Notes: generated by a model not told the origin, from the sequence alone. Positions 38,722 through 47,148 are shown, counted from the first letter of the stretch. The stretch: 64,000 bases of DNA from an uncultured Acidimicrobiaceae bacterium (GCA_963836375.1 CAWIJK010000004.1:923303-987302), one strand, 5' to 3'. Translations and numbers: made by a program.

Positions 38722-40485
38722 GTGAGTGAGCTGATCGGGGCCTCGGCCGACCCCTCGCTCCCCCCGGGGAGCGAGGGCCCGGCGTTCGAAGAACAGCTGC
38801 GCCCCGCCCCCCCCGGCCCGCCCACCGCTGGCGGGGGCGGGGGCGGCTCGGGCCCGGACCCGGGCTCGGGGCGGCCGGTCAACCTGCGCCGGGCCACCGT
38901 GGGCATGGCGGTAGGCACCGGGCTCTCCCGGCTGACCGGGGTCGCCCGGGTGCTCGCCTTGGCCTACGCGCTGGGCTTCACCCGGCTGGCCGACGCCTAC
39001 AACCTGGCCAACGTCACCCCGAACATGCTCTACGACATCATCTTGGGCGGGGTGCTGTCGGCCACGTTCATCCCGGTCTTCGTGGACCGCTTGGCCACCC
39101 GGTCCGAGCGGGAGGCCTGGCGGGCCATCTCGGCCGTCGTCACCCTGGCCGTGGTGGTGCTGGCCGGGGCCAGCGTCGTCTTCTTCCTCTGCGCCCCGCT
39201 GATCATCTCGGCGTACACCTCGCTCGACCACGCCCACAGCCTGGTGGGCACCGCGGCGCTCACCCACGAGCGCGAGGTGGCGACCACCCTGCTTCGCTGG
39301 TTCGTCCCCCAGGTCTTCTTCTACGGGATCATCGCCCTGGCCACCGCCCTGCTCAACACCCGCCGCAAGTTCGGCGCCCCGGCCTGGGTGCCCATCGCCA
39401 ACAACCTGGTCTGCGTGGCCGTGCTGGTCTGGTTCCACCAGGTGGCCCGGGTGCCGACCTTGGTCGGGGCCCAGCTCCACCCGGGCCAGCTGGTCCTGCT
39501 CGGGCTGGGCACGACGCTCGGGGTGGTGGTCCAGGCCCTCCTGCTCCTGCCCAGCCTGGGGCGGGCCCGGCTGCGCCGACTGACCTGGCGCTTCGAGCCG
39601 GGCCACGAGGCGGTCCGCACCGTGCTGCGCCTCGGCGCCTGGACCTTCGGCTTCGTGATGACGAACCAGATCGCCCTGTTCGTCGTCCTGGCCCTGGCCG
39701 TCGGCGCCGGCGGTCCGGCGCCGGTCTCGTCGTACACCTACGCCTACACCTTCTTGCAGATGCCCTACGCCGTGGTCGCCGTCTCGGTCATGAGCGCGGT
39801 GACCCCGGACCTCTCCGAGAAGTGGGCCACCGGGGACCTCACCGGGTTCACCCGGCGCATGGCCGGGGGCCTGCGCGCCGTGCTGGCCATCATCATCCCC
39901 GCCGCCGTCGGGATGCTGGTGCTGGCCAAGCCGACCGTGGCCCTGCTGCTCGGCCACGGGGCCGGGAAACCGTCGGAGACCGCAGACACCGGCCAGGCCC
40001 TGGCCATGTTCGCCCTGGGGCTGCCCGGGTTCTGCACCTTCCTCTATGTGGTGCGGGTGCTCCAGTCCATGCAGCGGACCCGGGTGGCCTTCTGGCTCTA
40101 CCTGGTGGAGAACGCGGTCAACGTGACCCTGGCCGTCGCCCTGGTCCATCCCCTCGGGGTCAGGGGCCTCGCCCTGTCGCTGTCGGTCGCCTACACCGTC
40201 GGGGCGCTGTGCGGCCTGGTCGTGCTGCGCCAGTGGCTGGGCGGCCTGGGACCGCACCGGGCCTACGCACCGCTGCGCCGGGTGCTGGTGGCCAGCGCCC
40301 TCATGGGGGTCGTCGTGGTGGTGGTCTCGAACCTCTCGGGGGCCCAGTCGGGGCTGGGGCTGTTCGTCCGGGTGATCGGCTCGGCCGCCCTGGGCGTCGC
40401 CGTCTACTTCGCCACCGCGGCGGTGCTGGCCAACCGCGGCCACAGGCGGGGACCGCGACCCCGGGCCCGCGGGGCGGGGCCCTGA
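38722..40485 (+). CDS. murJ: Lipid II flippase MurJ (MviN), flippase domain only
   Basis: GLSRLTGVARVLALAYALGFTRLADAYNLANVTPNMLYDIILGGVLSATFIPVFV plus about 14 TM helices. There is no C-terminal pseudokinase domain. Confidence 0.9.
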   Translation: MSELIGASADPSLPPGSEGPAFEEQLRPAPPGPPTAGGGGGGSGPDPGSGRPVNLRRATVGMAVGTGLSRLTGVARVLALAYALGFTRLADAYNLANVTPNMLYDIILGGVLSATFIPVFVDRLATRSEREAWRAISAVVTLAVVVLAGASVVFFLCAPLIISAYTSLDHAHSLVGTAALTHEREVATTLLRWFVPQVFFYGIIALATALLNTRRKFGAPAWVPIANNLVCVAVLVWFHQVARVPTLVGAQLHPGQLVLLGLGTTLGVVVQALLLLPSLGRARLRRLTWRFEPGHEAVRTVLRLGAWTFGFVMTNQIALFVVLALAVGAGGPAPVSSYTYAYTFLQMPYAVVAVSVMSAVTPDLSEKWATGDLTGFTRRMAGGLRAVLAIIIPAAVGMLVLAKPTVALLLGHGAGKPSETADTGQALAMFALGLPGFCTFLYVVRVLQSMQRTRVAFWLYLVENAVNVTLAVALVHPLGVRGLALSLSVAYTVGALCGLVVLRQWLGGLGPHRAYAPLRRVLVASALMGVVVVVVSNLSGAQSGLGLFVRVIGSAALGVAVYFATAAVLANRGHRRGPRPRARGAGP

Positions 40486-40581
40486 CCCGGCCCGCCGCCG
40501 GGGCCACGGGGTAGGTTGCTCGGCGTCGGGCGGCCCCCCTCGCCCGAGGCCCGTCCCCCCCAGAGGATCGAGGAACCCACC

Positions 40582-41427
40582 ATGCCCGGCGTGCACGTCG
40601 TCACCGACAGCGCATGTGACCTCACCGCAGAGCTGGCCGAGGCGGCGGGGATCATCGTCGTCCCGCTGACCATCCGATTCGGCGACGAGGAGCTCTTGGA
40701 CCGCCGGGACCTGTCCCCTACCGAGTTCTGGGCCCGCTGCAAGACCTCGCCGTCGCTCCCCGAGACCGCCGCCCCGTCGCCGGGGGCCTTCGGGGCCGCC
40801 TTCGAGGAGGCAGCGGCCGCCGGGGCGTCGGGCGTGTTGTGCCTCAACCTGTCCTCGGGGGTCTCGGCCACCTACCAGTCGGCCCGGGCCGGGGCCGAGG
40901 CGGCCGGCACCGGCATCCCGGTCCGGGTGGTCGACACGCTCTCGCTCACCATGGGCGAGGGCCTGCTGTGCCTGGCCGCGGCGGAGGCGGCGGCGGCCGG
41001 TGCCTCCTTGGACGAGCTCGAGGCCCTCGTCGGCAGCCTGATCACCCGCACCCGGGTCTACGGGGTGCTGGCCACCCTCGACCACCTCCAGCGGGGCGGG
41101 CGGATCGGCGGGGCCCAGGCGCTCTTGGGCTCGCTGCTCTCGATCAAGCCGGTGGTCCAGGTCAAAGACGGGGTGGTGGCCGAGGAGTCCAAGCAAAGGA
41201 CCCGGGGCCGCTCCCTCGAGTACCTGGCCAACAAGGTCCGCGCCGACGGGCCCCTCGAACGCCTGGCCGTCTGCAGCGGGGCGGCCGAGGACGTCGACGA
41301 CTTCGTCGCCATGCTGGGGGGCATCGAGTCGGCCCACCCGATGGTGCTGACCGAGCTCGGCCCGGTGGTCGGGACCCACGCCGGCCCGGGGACGATCGGC
41401 GTCTGTTACCAGGTCACCGCCCGGTAG
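40582..41427 (+). CDS. DegV-family fatty-acid-binding protein
   Basis: VHVVTDSACDL...PLTIRFGDEE..D....PTEFW......LPETAAPSPGAF...LSSGVSATYQSA...HLQRGGRIG...LSIKPV. Confidence 0.85.
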   Translation: MPGVHVVTDSACDLTAELAEAAGIIVVPLTIRFGDEELLDRRDLSPTEFWARCKTSPSLPETAAPSPGAFGAAFEEAAAAGASGVLCLNLSSGVSATYQSARAGAEAAGTGIPVRVVDTLSLTMGEGLLCLAAAEAAAAGASLDELEALVGSLITRTRVYGVLATLDHLQRGGRIGGAQALLGSLLSIKPVVQVKDGVVAEESKQRTRGRSLEYLANKVRADGPLERLAVCSGAAEDVDDFVAMLGGIESAHPMVLTELGPVVGTHAGPGTIGVCYQVTAR

Positions 41428-41437
41428 TGTTCGCCCC

Positions 41438-41851
41438 ATGACCACGACCGGCGGCGGCGCCCCTCCCGGCCCGACGCCCCCGACATCCCCCGCCACCTGG
41501 CCGGCCGACCCGGGGGCCCCCAAGCCCGCCGGGGTGTCGGGGCTCACGGCCGACTGGCCCAAGAAGGCCGCCGACACGGTGGACCTGGTCGTCGACACCA
41601 TCCACGACAAGGCCCTGCGGCCCATCATCATCGGCGCCCGCGCCGTCGTCTTCGGCCTGCTGGTGGCCGTCCTCGGCCTCACCGTCGTGACGCTCGTCTC
41701 GGTGGGGATCCTCCGCCTGCTCGACGTCTATGTCTTCCCCGGGCGCATCTGGGCCTCCTACGCCGTGCTCGGGTTGGTGTTCTGCGCGGCGGGGCTGTGG
41801 GCGTGGTCCCAGCGCTCCAACGGCGTCGTCGAGCGGCCGTCGCGGGCCTGA
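41438..41851 (+). CDS. Hypothetical membrane protein (Pro-rich N-terminus, two or three TM helices)
   Basis: IIIGARAVVFGLLVAVLGLTVVTLVSVGIL and WASYAVLGLVFCAAGLWAW. No family was recognised. Confidence 0.5.
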   Translation: MTTTGGGAPPGPTPPTSPATWPADPGAPKPAGVSGLTADWPKKAADTVDLVVDTIHDKALRPIIIGARAVVFGLLVAVLGLTVVTLVSVGILRLLDVYVFPGRIWASYAVLGLVFCAAGLWAWSQRSNGVVERPSRA

Positions 41852-41860
41852 GGCGGCGCC

Positions 41861-42823
41861 GTGCCCGAGCGTCGCACCGTCCTCATCGCCGGTTCCGGCC
41901 CGGCCGGGCTCACCGCGGCGGTGTACGCGGCCCGGGCCCAGCTCGCCCCGCTCGTCGTCGAGGGCGAGCCGTCGTCGACCAGTGACCAGCCGGGCGGCCA
42001 GCTCATGTTGACCACCGACGTGGAGAACTACCCCGGCTTCCCCGACGGGATCATGGGGCCCGAGCTGATGACCGCCATGCGGGCCCAGGCGGCCCGGTTC
42101 GGGGCCGAGCTGGTCACGGCCAAGGTGTCCCGCTTCGAGCTGACCTCGGGGCCGCCCTTCGGCGTGTGGGTGGGCGACCCGTCGGCGGCGGAGCCGACCT
42201 ACCTGGCCGAGACGGTCATCGTGGCCACCGGCGCCCGGTCGTTGATGCTCGGCGTCCCCGGCGAGGACCGGCTGCTCGGCTACGGCGTGTCGACCTGTGC
42301 CACCTGCGACGGCTTCTTCTTCCGCAACCAGGAGGTGGCCGTGGTCGGCGGCGGGGACTCGGCTCTCGAAGAGGCCCTCTTCCTCACCCGGTTCGCCTCC
42401 AAGGTCACCGTCGTCCACCGCCGCGACCAGCTGCGGGCCTCGCGGATCATGCAGGACCGGGCCCGGGCCAACCCGACCATCGAGTTCCGGTGGAACGCCC
42501 AGGTGACCGAGGTCCTGGGCGACGGGAAGGTCTCGGGCCTGGCCGTGCGCGACGCGCTCAGCGGGGCCGAGACCGAGCTGGCGGTGAACGGGCTGTTCGT
42601 GGCCATCGGCCACGAACCCAACACCGCCGCGCTGGCCGGCCAGCTCGAGCTCAAGGCCAACGGCTACGTGGCGAACTTCGGGGGGGCCCGCACCAGCGTC
42701 GACGGGGTCTTCGCCTGCGGCGACGTCCAGGACGACTACTACCGCCAGGCCATCACCTCGGCCGGCTCGGGCTGCATGGCGGCCATCGACGCCGAGCGCT
42801 GGCTCGAGGCCCGGGGGGTCTGA
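41861..42823 (+). CDS. trxB: Thioredoxin-disulfide reductase
   Basis: [19 protein letters not shown], redox-active [23 protein letters not shown], and VFACGDV at the C-terminal FAD motif. Confidence 0.95.
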   Translation: MPERRTVLIAGSGPAGLTAAVYAARAQLAPLVVEGEPSSTSDQPGGQLMLTTDVENYPGFPDGIMGPELMTAMRAQAARFGAELVTAKVSRFELTSGPPFGVWVGDPSAAEPTYLAETVIVATGARSLMLGVPGEDRLLGYGVSTCATCDGFFFRNQEVAVVGGGDSALEEALFLTRFASKVTVVHRRDQLRASRIMQDRARANPTIEFRWNAQVTEVLGDGKVSGLAVRDALSGAETELAVNGLFVAIGHEPNTAALAGQLELKANGYVANFGGARTSVDGVFACGDVQDDYYRQAITSAGSGCMAAIDAERWLEARGV

Positions 42824-42907
42824 GGCGCCGGGACCGGGAACACCGGGCGGCGACGGGGTGTTGTTAGGGTCGTGCCGGGTTGGCCCGGTGCCGAGAAGGA
42901 GGCTCGC

Positions 42908-43234
42908 ATGAGCGAGAAGATCGTGACCCTCGATGACGCTACGTTTGACGAGCATGTCAAGGCCTCGGACGTCCCCGTGCTGGTGGACTTCTGGGCCGAG
43001 TGGTGCGGGCCGTGCAAGACGATCGCCCCGGTGCTAGAGGAGATCGCCGAGGAGCAGGCCGGGAAGCTGCAGATCGGCAAGCTCAACATCGACGACAACC
43101 TGGACGTGACCCGTCGCTACGACGTGATGAGCATCCCGACCCTGATCCTGTTCAAAGACGGCGAGGCCAAGGCCCGCCTGGTCGGGGCCAAGCCCAAGGG
43201 CCAGCTGCTCCAGGAGCTGGCGGCGTACCTGTAG
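42908..43234 (+). CDS. trxA: Thioredoxin
   Basis: VLVDFWAEWCGPCK active site. 108 aa. ATG at 42908 follows GAGAAGGAGG. Confidence 0.95.
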   Translation: MSEKIVTLDDATFDEHVKASDVPVLVDFWAEWCGPCKTIAPVLEEIAEEQAGKLQIGKLNIDDNLDVTRRYDVMSIPTLILFKDGEAKARLVGAKPKGQLLQELAAYL

Positions 43235-43281
43235 ACCGCGGGGGGGTCCTCCCGCTCGCCGAGGGCGACCGGGGCGGCGCC

Positions 43282-44220
43282 GTGGCCGACGTCCAACGGC
43301 GCCTGGGCGCGCTCGGTTTCAGCGCCCCGGGGGACCCCGAGGGCCGTTACGGGCCGGCCACCCGGTTGGCCGTCGAGGGCTTCCAGCACCGCCGGGGCCT
43401 GGCCGTCGACGGGGTGTGCGGGGCCCAGACCTGGAACACCCTGGTCGAGGCGGGCTTCTGCCTGGGCGACCGTTTCTTGTACCGGCGCACCCCGATGCTG
43501 CGGGGCGACGACGTAGCCGAGCTCCAGCAGCGCCTGGGGGCCCTCGGCTTCGACGCCGGGCGGGTCGACGGCATCTTCGGCGACCTGACCCAGAGCGCGC
43601 TCGGCGAGTTCCAGCGCAACGCCGGGCTCCCGGTGGACGGGATCGCCGGGGCCACCACCCTCCAGGAGCTGGCCCGGGTCCAGGCCCGCCACGCCCAGCC
43701 CGAGCTGGTCTCGACGGTGCGGGCCCGCGAACGGCTCCGCCAGGCCCCGCCCACGCTGGCCGGGCGCCACCTGGCCGTCGGCGAGTCGGGCGGGCTCGGC
43801 ACCACCGTCGCCGCCCTGGAGCGGCGCCTGGCCGGGGCCGGGGCCCGGGTGACCTCGCTGCACCACCCCGACGGGTCGGCCCAGGCCGCCGAGGCGAACG
43901 CGGCCGGCGTCGACGTCTACCTCGCCCTGCGCCTCAACCCCGAGCGCGCCGGCTGCGCCACCGCCTACTACGCCGGCTACCGCACCGACTCGCCCGGCGG
44001 GCGCCGCCTGGCCGAGCTGATCCAACAGGGCGTGCCCCAAGCGCTGGGCGTCCCCGACCTGGGGGCGACCGGCATGTCGGTCCCGGTCCTGCGCGAGACC
44101 CGGATGCCCGCGGTCATCGTCGAGGTGGGCCCGGCCGCCGCGGTGGTCGAACAGGGGCCGGCCCTGGCCGGGGCCCTGGCCGGGGCCCTGGCCGGCTGGG
44201 CCGTCTCCACCTGGGACTGA
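43282..44220 (+). CDS. cwlM: CwlM-like protein: two PG_binding_1 repeats plus a degenerate Amidase_3 domain (start codon uncertain)
   Basis: VADVQRRLGALGF...GPATRLAVEGFQHRRGLAVDGVCGAQTW and VAELQQRLGALGF...DGIFG..T..ALGEFQRNAGLPVDGIAG are peptidoglycan-binding repeats. The C-terminal amidase_3-like core ends RETRMPAVIVEVG. The only canonical in-frame start between GTG 43000 (deep inside trxA) and the first PG-binding repeat is GTG 43282. Confidence 0.75.
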   Translation: MADVQRRLGALGFSAPGDPEGRYGPATRLAVEGFQHRRGLAVDGVCGAQTWNTLVEAGFCLGDRFLYRRTPMLRGDDVAELQQRLGALGFDAGRVDGIFGDLTQSALGEFQRNAGLPVDGIAGATTLQELARVQARHAQPELVSTVRARERLRQAPPTLAGRHLAVGESGGLGTTVAALERRLAGAGARVTSLHHPDGSAQAAEANAAGVDVYLALRLNPERAGCATAYYAGYRTDSPGGRRLAELIQQGVPQALGVPDLGATGMSVPVLRETRMPAVIVEVGPAAAVVEQGPALAGALAGALAGWAVSTWD

Positions 44221-44308
44221 TCCCAGGGCGGGTGACCGGACGGTGACGGAACCGCCCCCCGGTGACCGGCGGGCGACAGGAAGCTTTACTTCAGGGAGAA
44301 ATCAACAA

Positions 44309-44335
44309 TCCACAACGTCATGCACAGGTTGTGGA
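44309..44335. promoter_or_regulatory. Inverted repeat TCCACAAC-N11-GTTGTGGA (DnaA-box-like arms) in the cwlM/parB convergent spacer
   Basis: Perfect 8-bp arms lie in a locally AT-richer patch. TGTGGACGA is 8/9 to the reverse complement of TTGTCCACA. AATCCACA contains the ATCCACA core. Confidence 0.3.
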
Positions 44336-44359
44336 CGAAGCTGAAGGACCGCTTGAGCG

Positions 44360-45322
44360 TTAGGCCCCCGGACCGGGGGCGGCGCCGGGTCCCGCCGCCC
44401 CCACCCGGCCCTCGCCGACCATGGCCCGGTAGATGCGCTCGAGGTCCTCGAGGGTGGCGAAGTCGACGACCAGGCGGCCCCGGCGGTTGCGCAACTCAAC
44501 CTTCACCCTGGTGTCGAGGTGGGTGGAGAGGAGCTCTTCGAGCTCGAGCACCCCGGGCTCGGGCAGCCGCCGCGGCGCCAGGGCCCGCTCAGAGGTCGTA
44601 CCAGTGGTAGTACCCTCGGCGGGCCCCGCGGCGGCCAGGGGGTCCTCGTCGCCCTTGGCCTCGCGGACCAGGTCCTCGACGGCCCGCACGGTGAGGCCCT
44701 CGACGACGATGCGGTTGACCAGGGCCTCTTGGAGCGCCCGGTCCGGCGTCCCGAGCAGGGCCCGGGCGTGGCCGGCCGAGATGGTGCCCTCGGCCAGGGC
44801 CCGCTGGGCGCCGGCCGGGAGCTGGAGCAGCCGCAGGGTGTTGGTGACCGTCGTCCGGCTCTTGCCGACCCGGGTCGCCACCTGCTCGTGGGTGAAGCCG
44901 AACTCGTCGATCAGCTGCTGGTAGGCGGCCGCCTCCTCCAGGGCGTTGAGGTCCTCGCGGTGGAGGTTCTCCACCAGGGCCTGCTCGAGGCTGTGCACGT
45001 CGGTGGTGCTGGTCTGCACGAGCACCGGGACGGTCTGCAAGCCGGCCCGGCGGGCGGCCCGCCACCGGCGCTCACCGGCGATGAGCTCGTAGCTCTCGGC
45101 CCCGCTGTCGATCTCGCGCACCAAGACGGGCTGGAGGACGCCGAGTTCGCGGATCGAGGCGGCCAGGGCCGACATCGACTCCTCGTCGAAGTGGGTGCGG
45201 GGCTGGAGGGCGTTGGGGCGGATCGAGGCGATCGGCACCTCGCGCAGGGTGGTCCGGTCGCCACCCACCTCGGGCGGGATCAGGGCGCTGAGACCCTTAC
45301 CCAGCCCGCTTCGGCGCGCCAT
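44360..45322 (-). CDS. parB: Chromosome partitioning protein ParB
   Basis: GLGKGLSALI, the ParB box LQPVLVRE...YELIAGERRWRAA, and HTH LTHEQVATRVGKSRTTVTNTLRLL. Confidence 0.96.
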   Translation of the reverse strand: MARRSGLGKGLSALIPPEVGGDRTTLREVPIASIRPNALQPRTHFDEESMSALAASIRELGVLQPVLVREIDSGAESYELIAGERRWRAARRAGLQTVPVLVQTSTTDVHSLEQALVENLHREDLNALEEAAAYQQLIDEFGFTHEQVATRVGKSRTTVTNTLRLLQLPAGAQRALAEGTISAGHARALLGTPDRALQEALVNRIVVEGLTVRAVEDLVREAKGDEDPLAAAGPAEGTTTGTTSERALAPRRLPEPGVLELEELLSTHLDTRVKVELRNRRGRLVVDFATLEDLERIYRAMVGEGRVGAAGPGAAPGPGA

Positions 45323-46487
45323 TGCTCACCTCCTTGGCCAGCTCGCGGTAGGCGACGGCCCCCCGCGAGGTCGGATCGAACACGGTGATCGGCTGGCCGA
45401 AGGAGGGAGCCTCTGAGAGGCGGACCGTCCGGGGGATGACGCTCTCGCAGACGGTGTCGGCGAAGTGGGCCCGGACCTCGGAGGCCACGTCGATGGCCAG
45501 CCGGGTCCGGGCGTCGTACATGGTGAGGACGATCGTCGAGACCTCCAGCTGACTGTTGAGGTTGGAAGCCACCAGGTGAACGTTGCGCAGGAGCTGGCTC
45601 AGGCCCTCCAGCGCGTAGTACTCGCACTGGATCGGGACCAGGACCTCGTTGGCCGCCGCCAGGCCGTTCACGGTGATGAGGCCGAGGGAGGGGGGGCAGT
45701 CGATGATCACGAAGTCGAAGTCGTCGACCACCTCGTCGATCGCCTTCTTGAGCTTGAGCTCGCGGCTGAAGGCGGGGACGAGCTCGATCTCCACCCCGGC
45801 CAGGTCGATGGTGGCCGGCGCCACGAAGAGGTTCTTGACGCTGGTGGGCTCGATGCAGTCCTCGAGCGGGGTGTCGCGCATGATCACGTCGTACATCGAG
45901 AGCTCGAAGTTGCGGGCGTCGATGCCCAGGCCGGTGGTGGCGTTGCCCTGGGGGTCCAGGTCGATCACCAGGACCCGGTAGTCCTGCTCGGCCAGGGCCG
46001 CTCCCAGGTTGACGGTAGTCGTGGTCTTGCCGACCCCGCCCTTCTGGTTGGCCACGGCGATCACCCGGGGGAGCGGGCGGGGGGCGCCCACGCCGCCCGT
46101 GCTCACCACCTCTTTCAGCGCGGCGTCCGGGCCCCGGTCCTTCGCCGGGGCCGGATCGCCCCCCGTGGGCGGGGGATCCTTCTGGGCCGATGAGGGCGCT
46201 GCCGGCTCGGGAGCCGCCTGGGGAGCCGGCTCAGGTTCGGGGGCCGGGGGGACCGGCGGGGCGGGCTCGGAGACCGCGGCGGGCGCGGGGAGCGGCGGCG
46301 CGTCGAGGCCTGGATCTGCAACAGGTTCTGGTTTGGCGGCGGGTACGGGGGTTGCCTCGGCCTCAGGTCCTGGTTCGGGTGTCCCGGGCACCGGACCGGG
46401 GGCCGAAGCTGGGACCGCCTCCTCGGGACCGGGCCCCGGATCTTCCGTCGGCCCGTCCCGGTCACGCCGCCGCAGCCGCACTACCAC
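45297..46487 (-). CDS. parA: Chromosome partitioning ATPase ParA with a roughly 140-aa Pro/Ala/Glu-rich N-terminal extension (start uncertain)
   Basis: IAVANQKGGVGKTTTTVNLG (deviant Walker A), VLVIDLDPQGN, and FVIIDCPPSLG. The ORF opens at GTG 46487 and overlaps parB by 26 nt. Confidence 0.9.
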   Translation of the reverse strand: MVVRLRRRDRDGPTEDPGPGPEEAVPASAPGPVPGTPEPGPEAEATPVPAAKPEPVADPGLDAPPLPAPAAVSEPAPPVPPAPEPEPAPQAAPEPAAPSSAQKDPPPTGGDPAPAKDRGPDAALKEVVSTGGVGAPRPLPRVIAVANQKGGVGKTTTTVNLGAALAEQDYRVLVIDLDPQGNATTGLGIDARNFELSMYDVIMRDTPLEDCIEPTSVKNLFVAPATIDLAGVEIELVPAFSRELKLKKAIDEVVDDFDFVIIDCPPSLGLITVNGLAAANEVLVPIQCEYYALEGLSQLLRNVHLVASNLNSQLEVSTIVLTMYDARTRLAIDVASEVRAHFADTVCESVIPRTVRLSEAPSFGQPITVFDPTSRGAVAYRELAKEVSNGAPKRAG

Positions 46488-46585
46488 GACCCCGCACGGC
46501 GAATCGGCACCGGCCCATCCTGGCGGTCCCTCAGGCTCCGGTCAAGCTTCGTTGGCCTTGTTCCATGGATTTCTCGGTCCCGACA

Positions 46586-46601
46586 TGTTTCCCGTGAAAC
46601 C
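46586..46601. promoter_or_regulatory. parS-like centromere site 1
   Basis: TGTTTCCCGTGAAACC matches the parS consensus TGTTTCACGTGAAACA at 14 of 16 positions. It lies about 100 nt upstream of the parA ORF start. Confidence 0.7.
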
Positions 46602-46646
46602 ACCCCCGAAGAAGGGGGGTCCGTCGGGGGACGAGCGGGGGGTCGA

Positions 46647-46662
46647 TGTTTCCCGTGAAACC
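46647..46662. promoter_or_regulatory. parS-like centromere site 2 (identical 16-mer plus identical flanks A...A)
   Basis: An identical aTGTTTCCCGTGAAACCa lies 61 bp from site 1. Confidence 0.7.
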
Positions 46663-46682
46663 AGGCCGGAGGGTGGGGGGGA

Positions 46683-46703
46683 GCCGGCGAGTCGGTCGGG
46701 GGA
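46683..46703. repeat. 21-bp direct repeat, copy 1 (GCCGGCGAGTCGGTCGGGGGA)
   Basis: An exact copy recurs at 46824-46844. Confidence 0.85.
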
Positions 46704-46713
46704 CGGTCCCGCT

Positions 46714-46748
46714 GGGGTGGGGTTGGGGTGGGGTGGGGTGGGGTGGGG
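46714..46748 (+). repeat. (GGGGT)n tract with seven consecutive GGGG runs (G-quadruplex-forming motif on the plus strand)
   Basis: ggggtggggttggggtggggtggggtggggtgggg read directly. Loops are 1-2 nt. Confidence 0.85.
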
Positions 46749-46823
46749 TGATGGAGACACCGGTCGGGGGTGAGGAGAGCCGTCCGGACCAACCGGAGAT
46801 CGGTGTAGGTGGGCGAACCGGTG

Positions 46824-46844
46824 GCCGGCGAGTCGGTCGGGGGA
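46824..46844. repeat. 21-bp direct repeat, copy 2
   Basis: Identical to 46683-46703, offset 141 bp, so the pair flanks the G-tract. Confidence 0.85.
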
Positions 46845-47148
46845 GCGGGCCAACCTATGTCGCATTCGAGATTCCGGGGGTCGACGGCGTCGCGTCCCCG
46901 AACCGGCCTTGGCGTGTGCAGGGTCCAGCGGAGGATGAGGGATTGCCTCGCTGTCCCCGATCGCCTCCGGCGGCCCGGCGGGCCCGACGATCCACGTGGC
47001 GATGATCGCGGCCATCGGGTCGATGCTGGTCGCCGTGGCGCGACGGGGAGCCGGCGCCGAGCCCCACCCTCGGTCGTCAGGAGCGGGCGTCCGGGGGGCC
47101 CTGGCGGGACGAGGACGCCACCGGTCAGGTCCGTTCGGCCAGCGGCTG

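Noticed and set aside
36124-41682. 1852-aa ORF on the minus strand, the longest in the track
   Set aside because: It runs antisense to cca, the Rv3909-like gene, murJ and degV, all of which have clear family motifs. Its translation is Arg/Gly/Pro/Ala low-complexity with no motif. This is a typical stop-codon-poor antisense frame in very GC-rich DNA.
43000-43281. Long start (GTG 43000) for cwlM giving a 406-aa product
   Set aside because: It would overlap trxA by about 235 nt in another frame, with a low-complexity Arg/Gly/Pro translation. I also tested whether the G7 run at 43240-43246 hides a frameshift to an upstream start, and found no start codon in the other frames.
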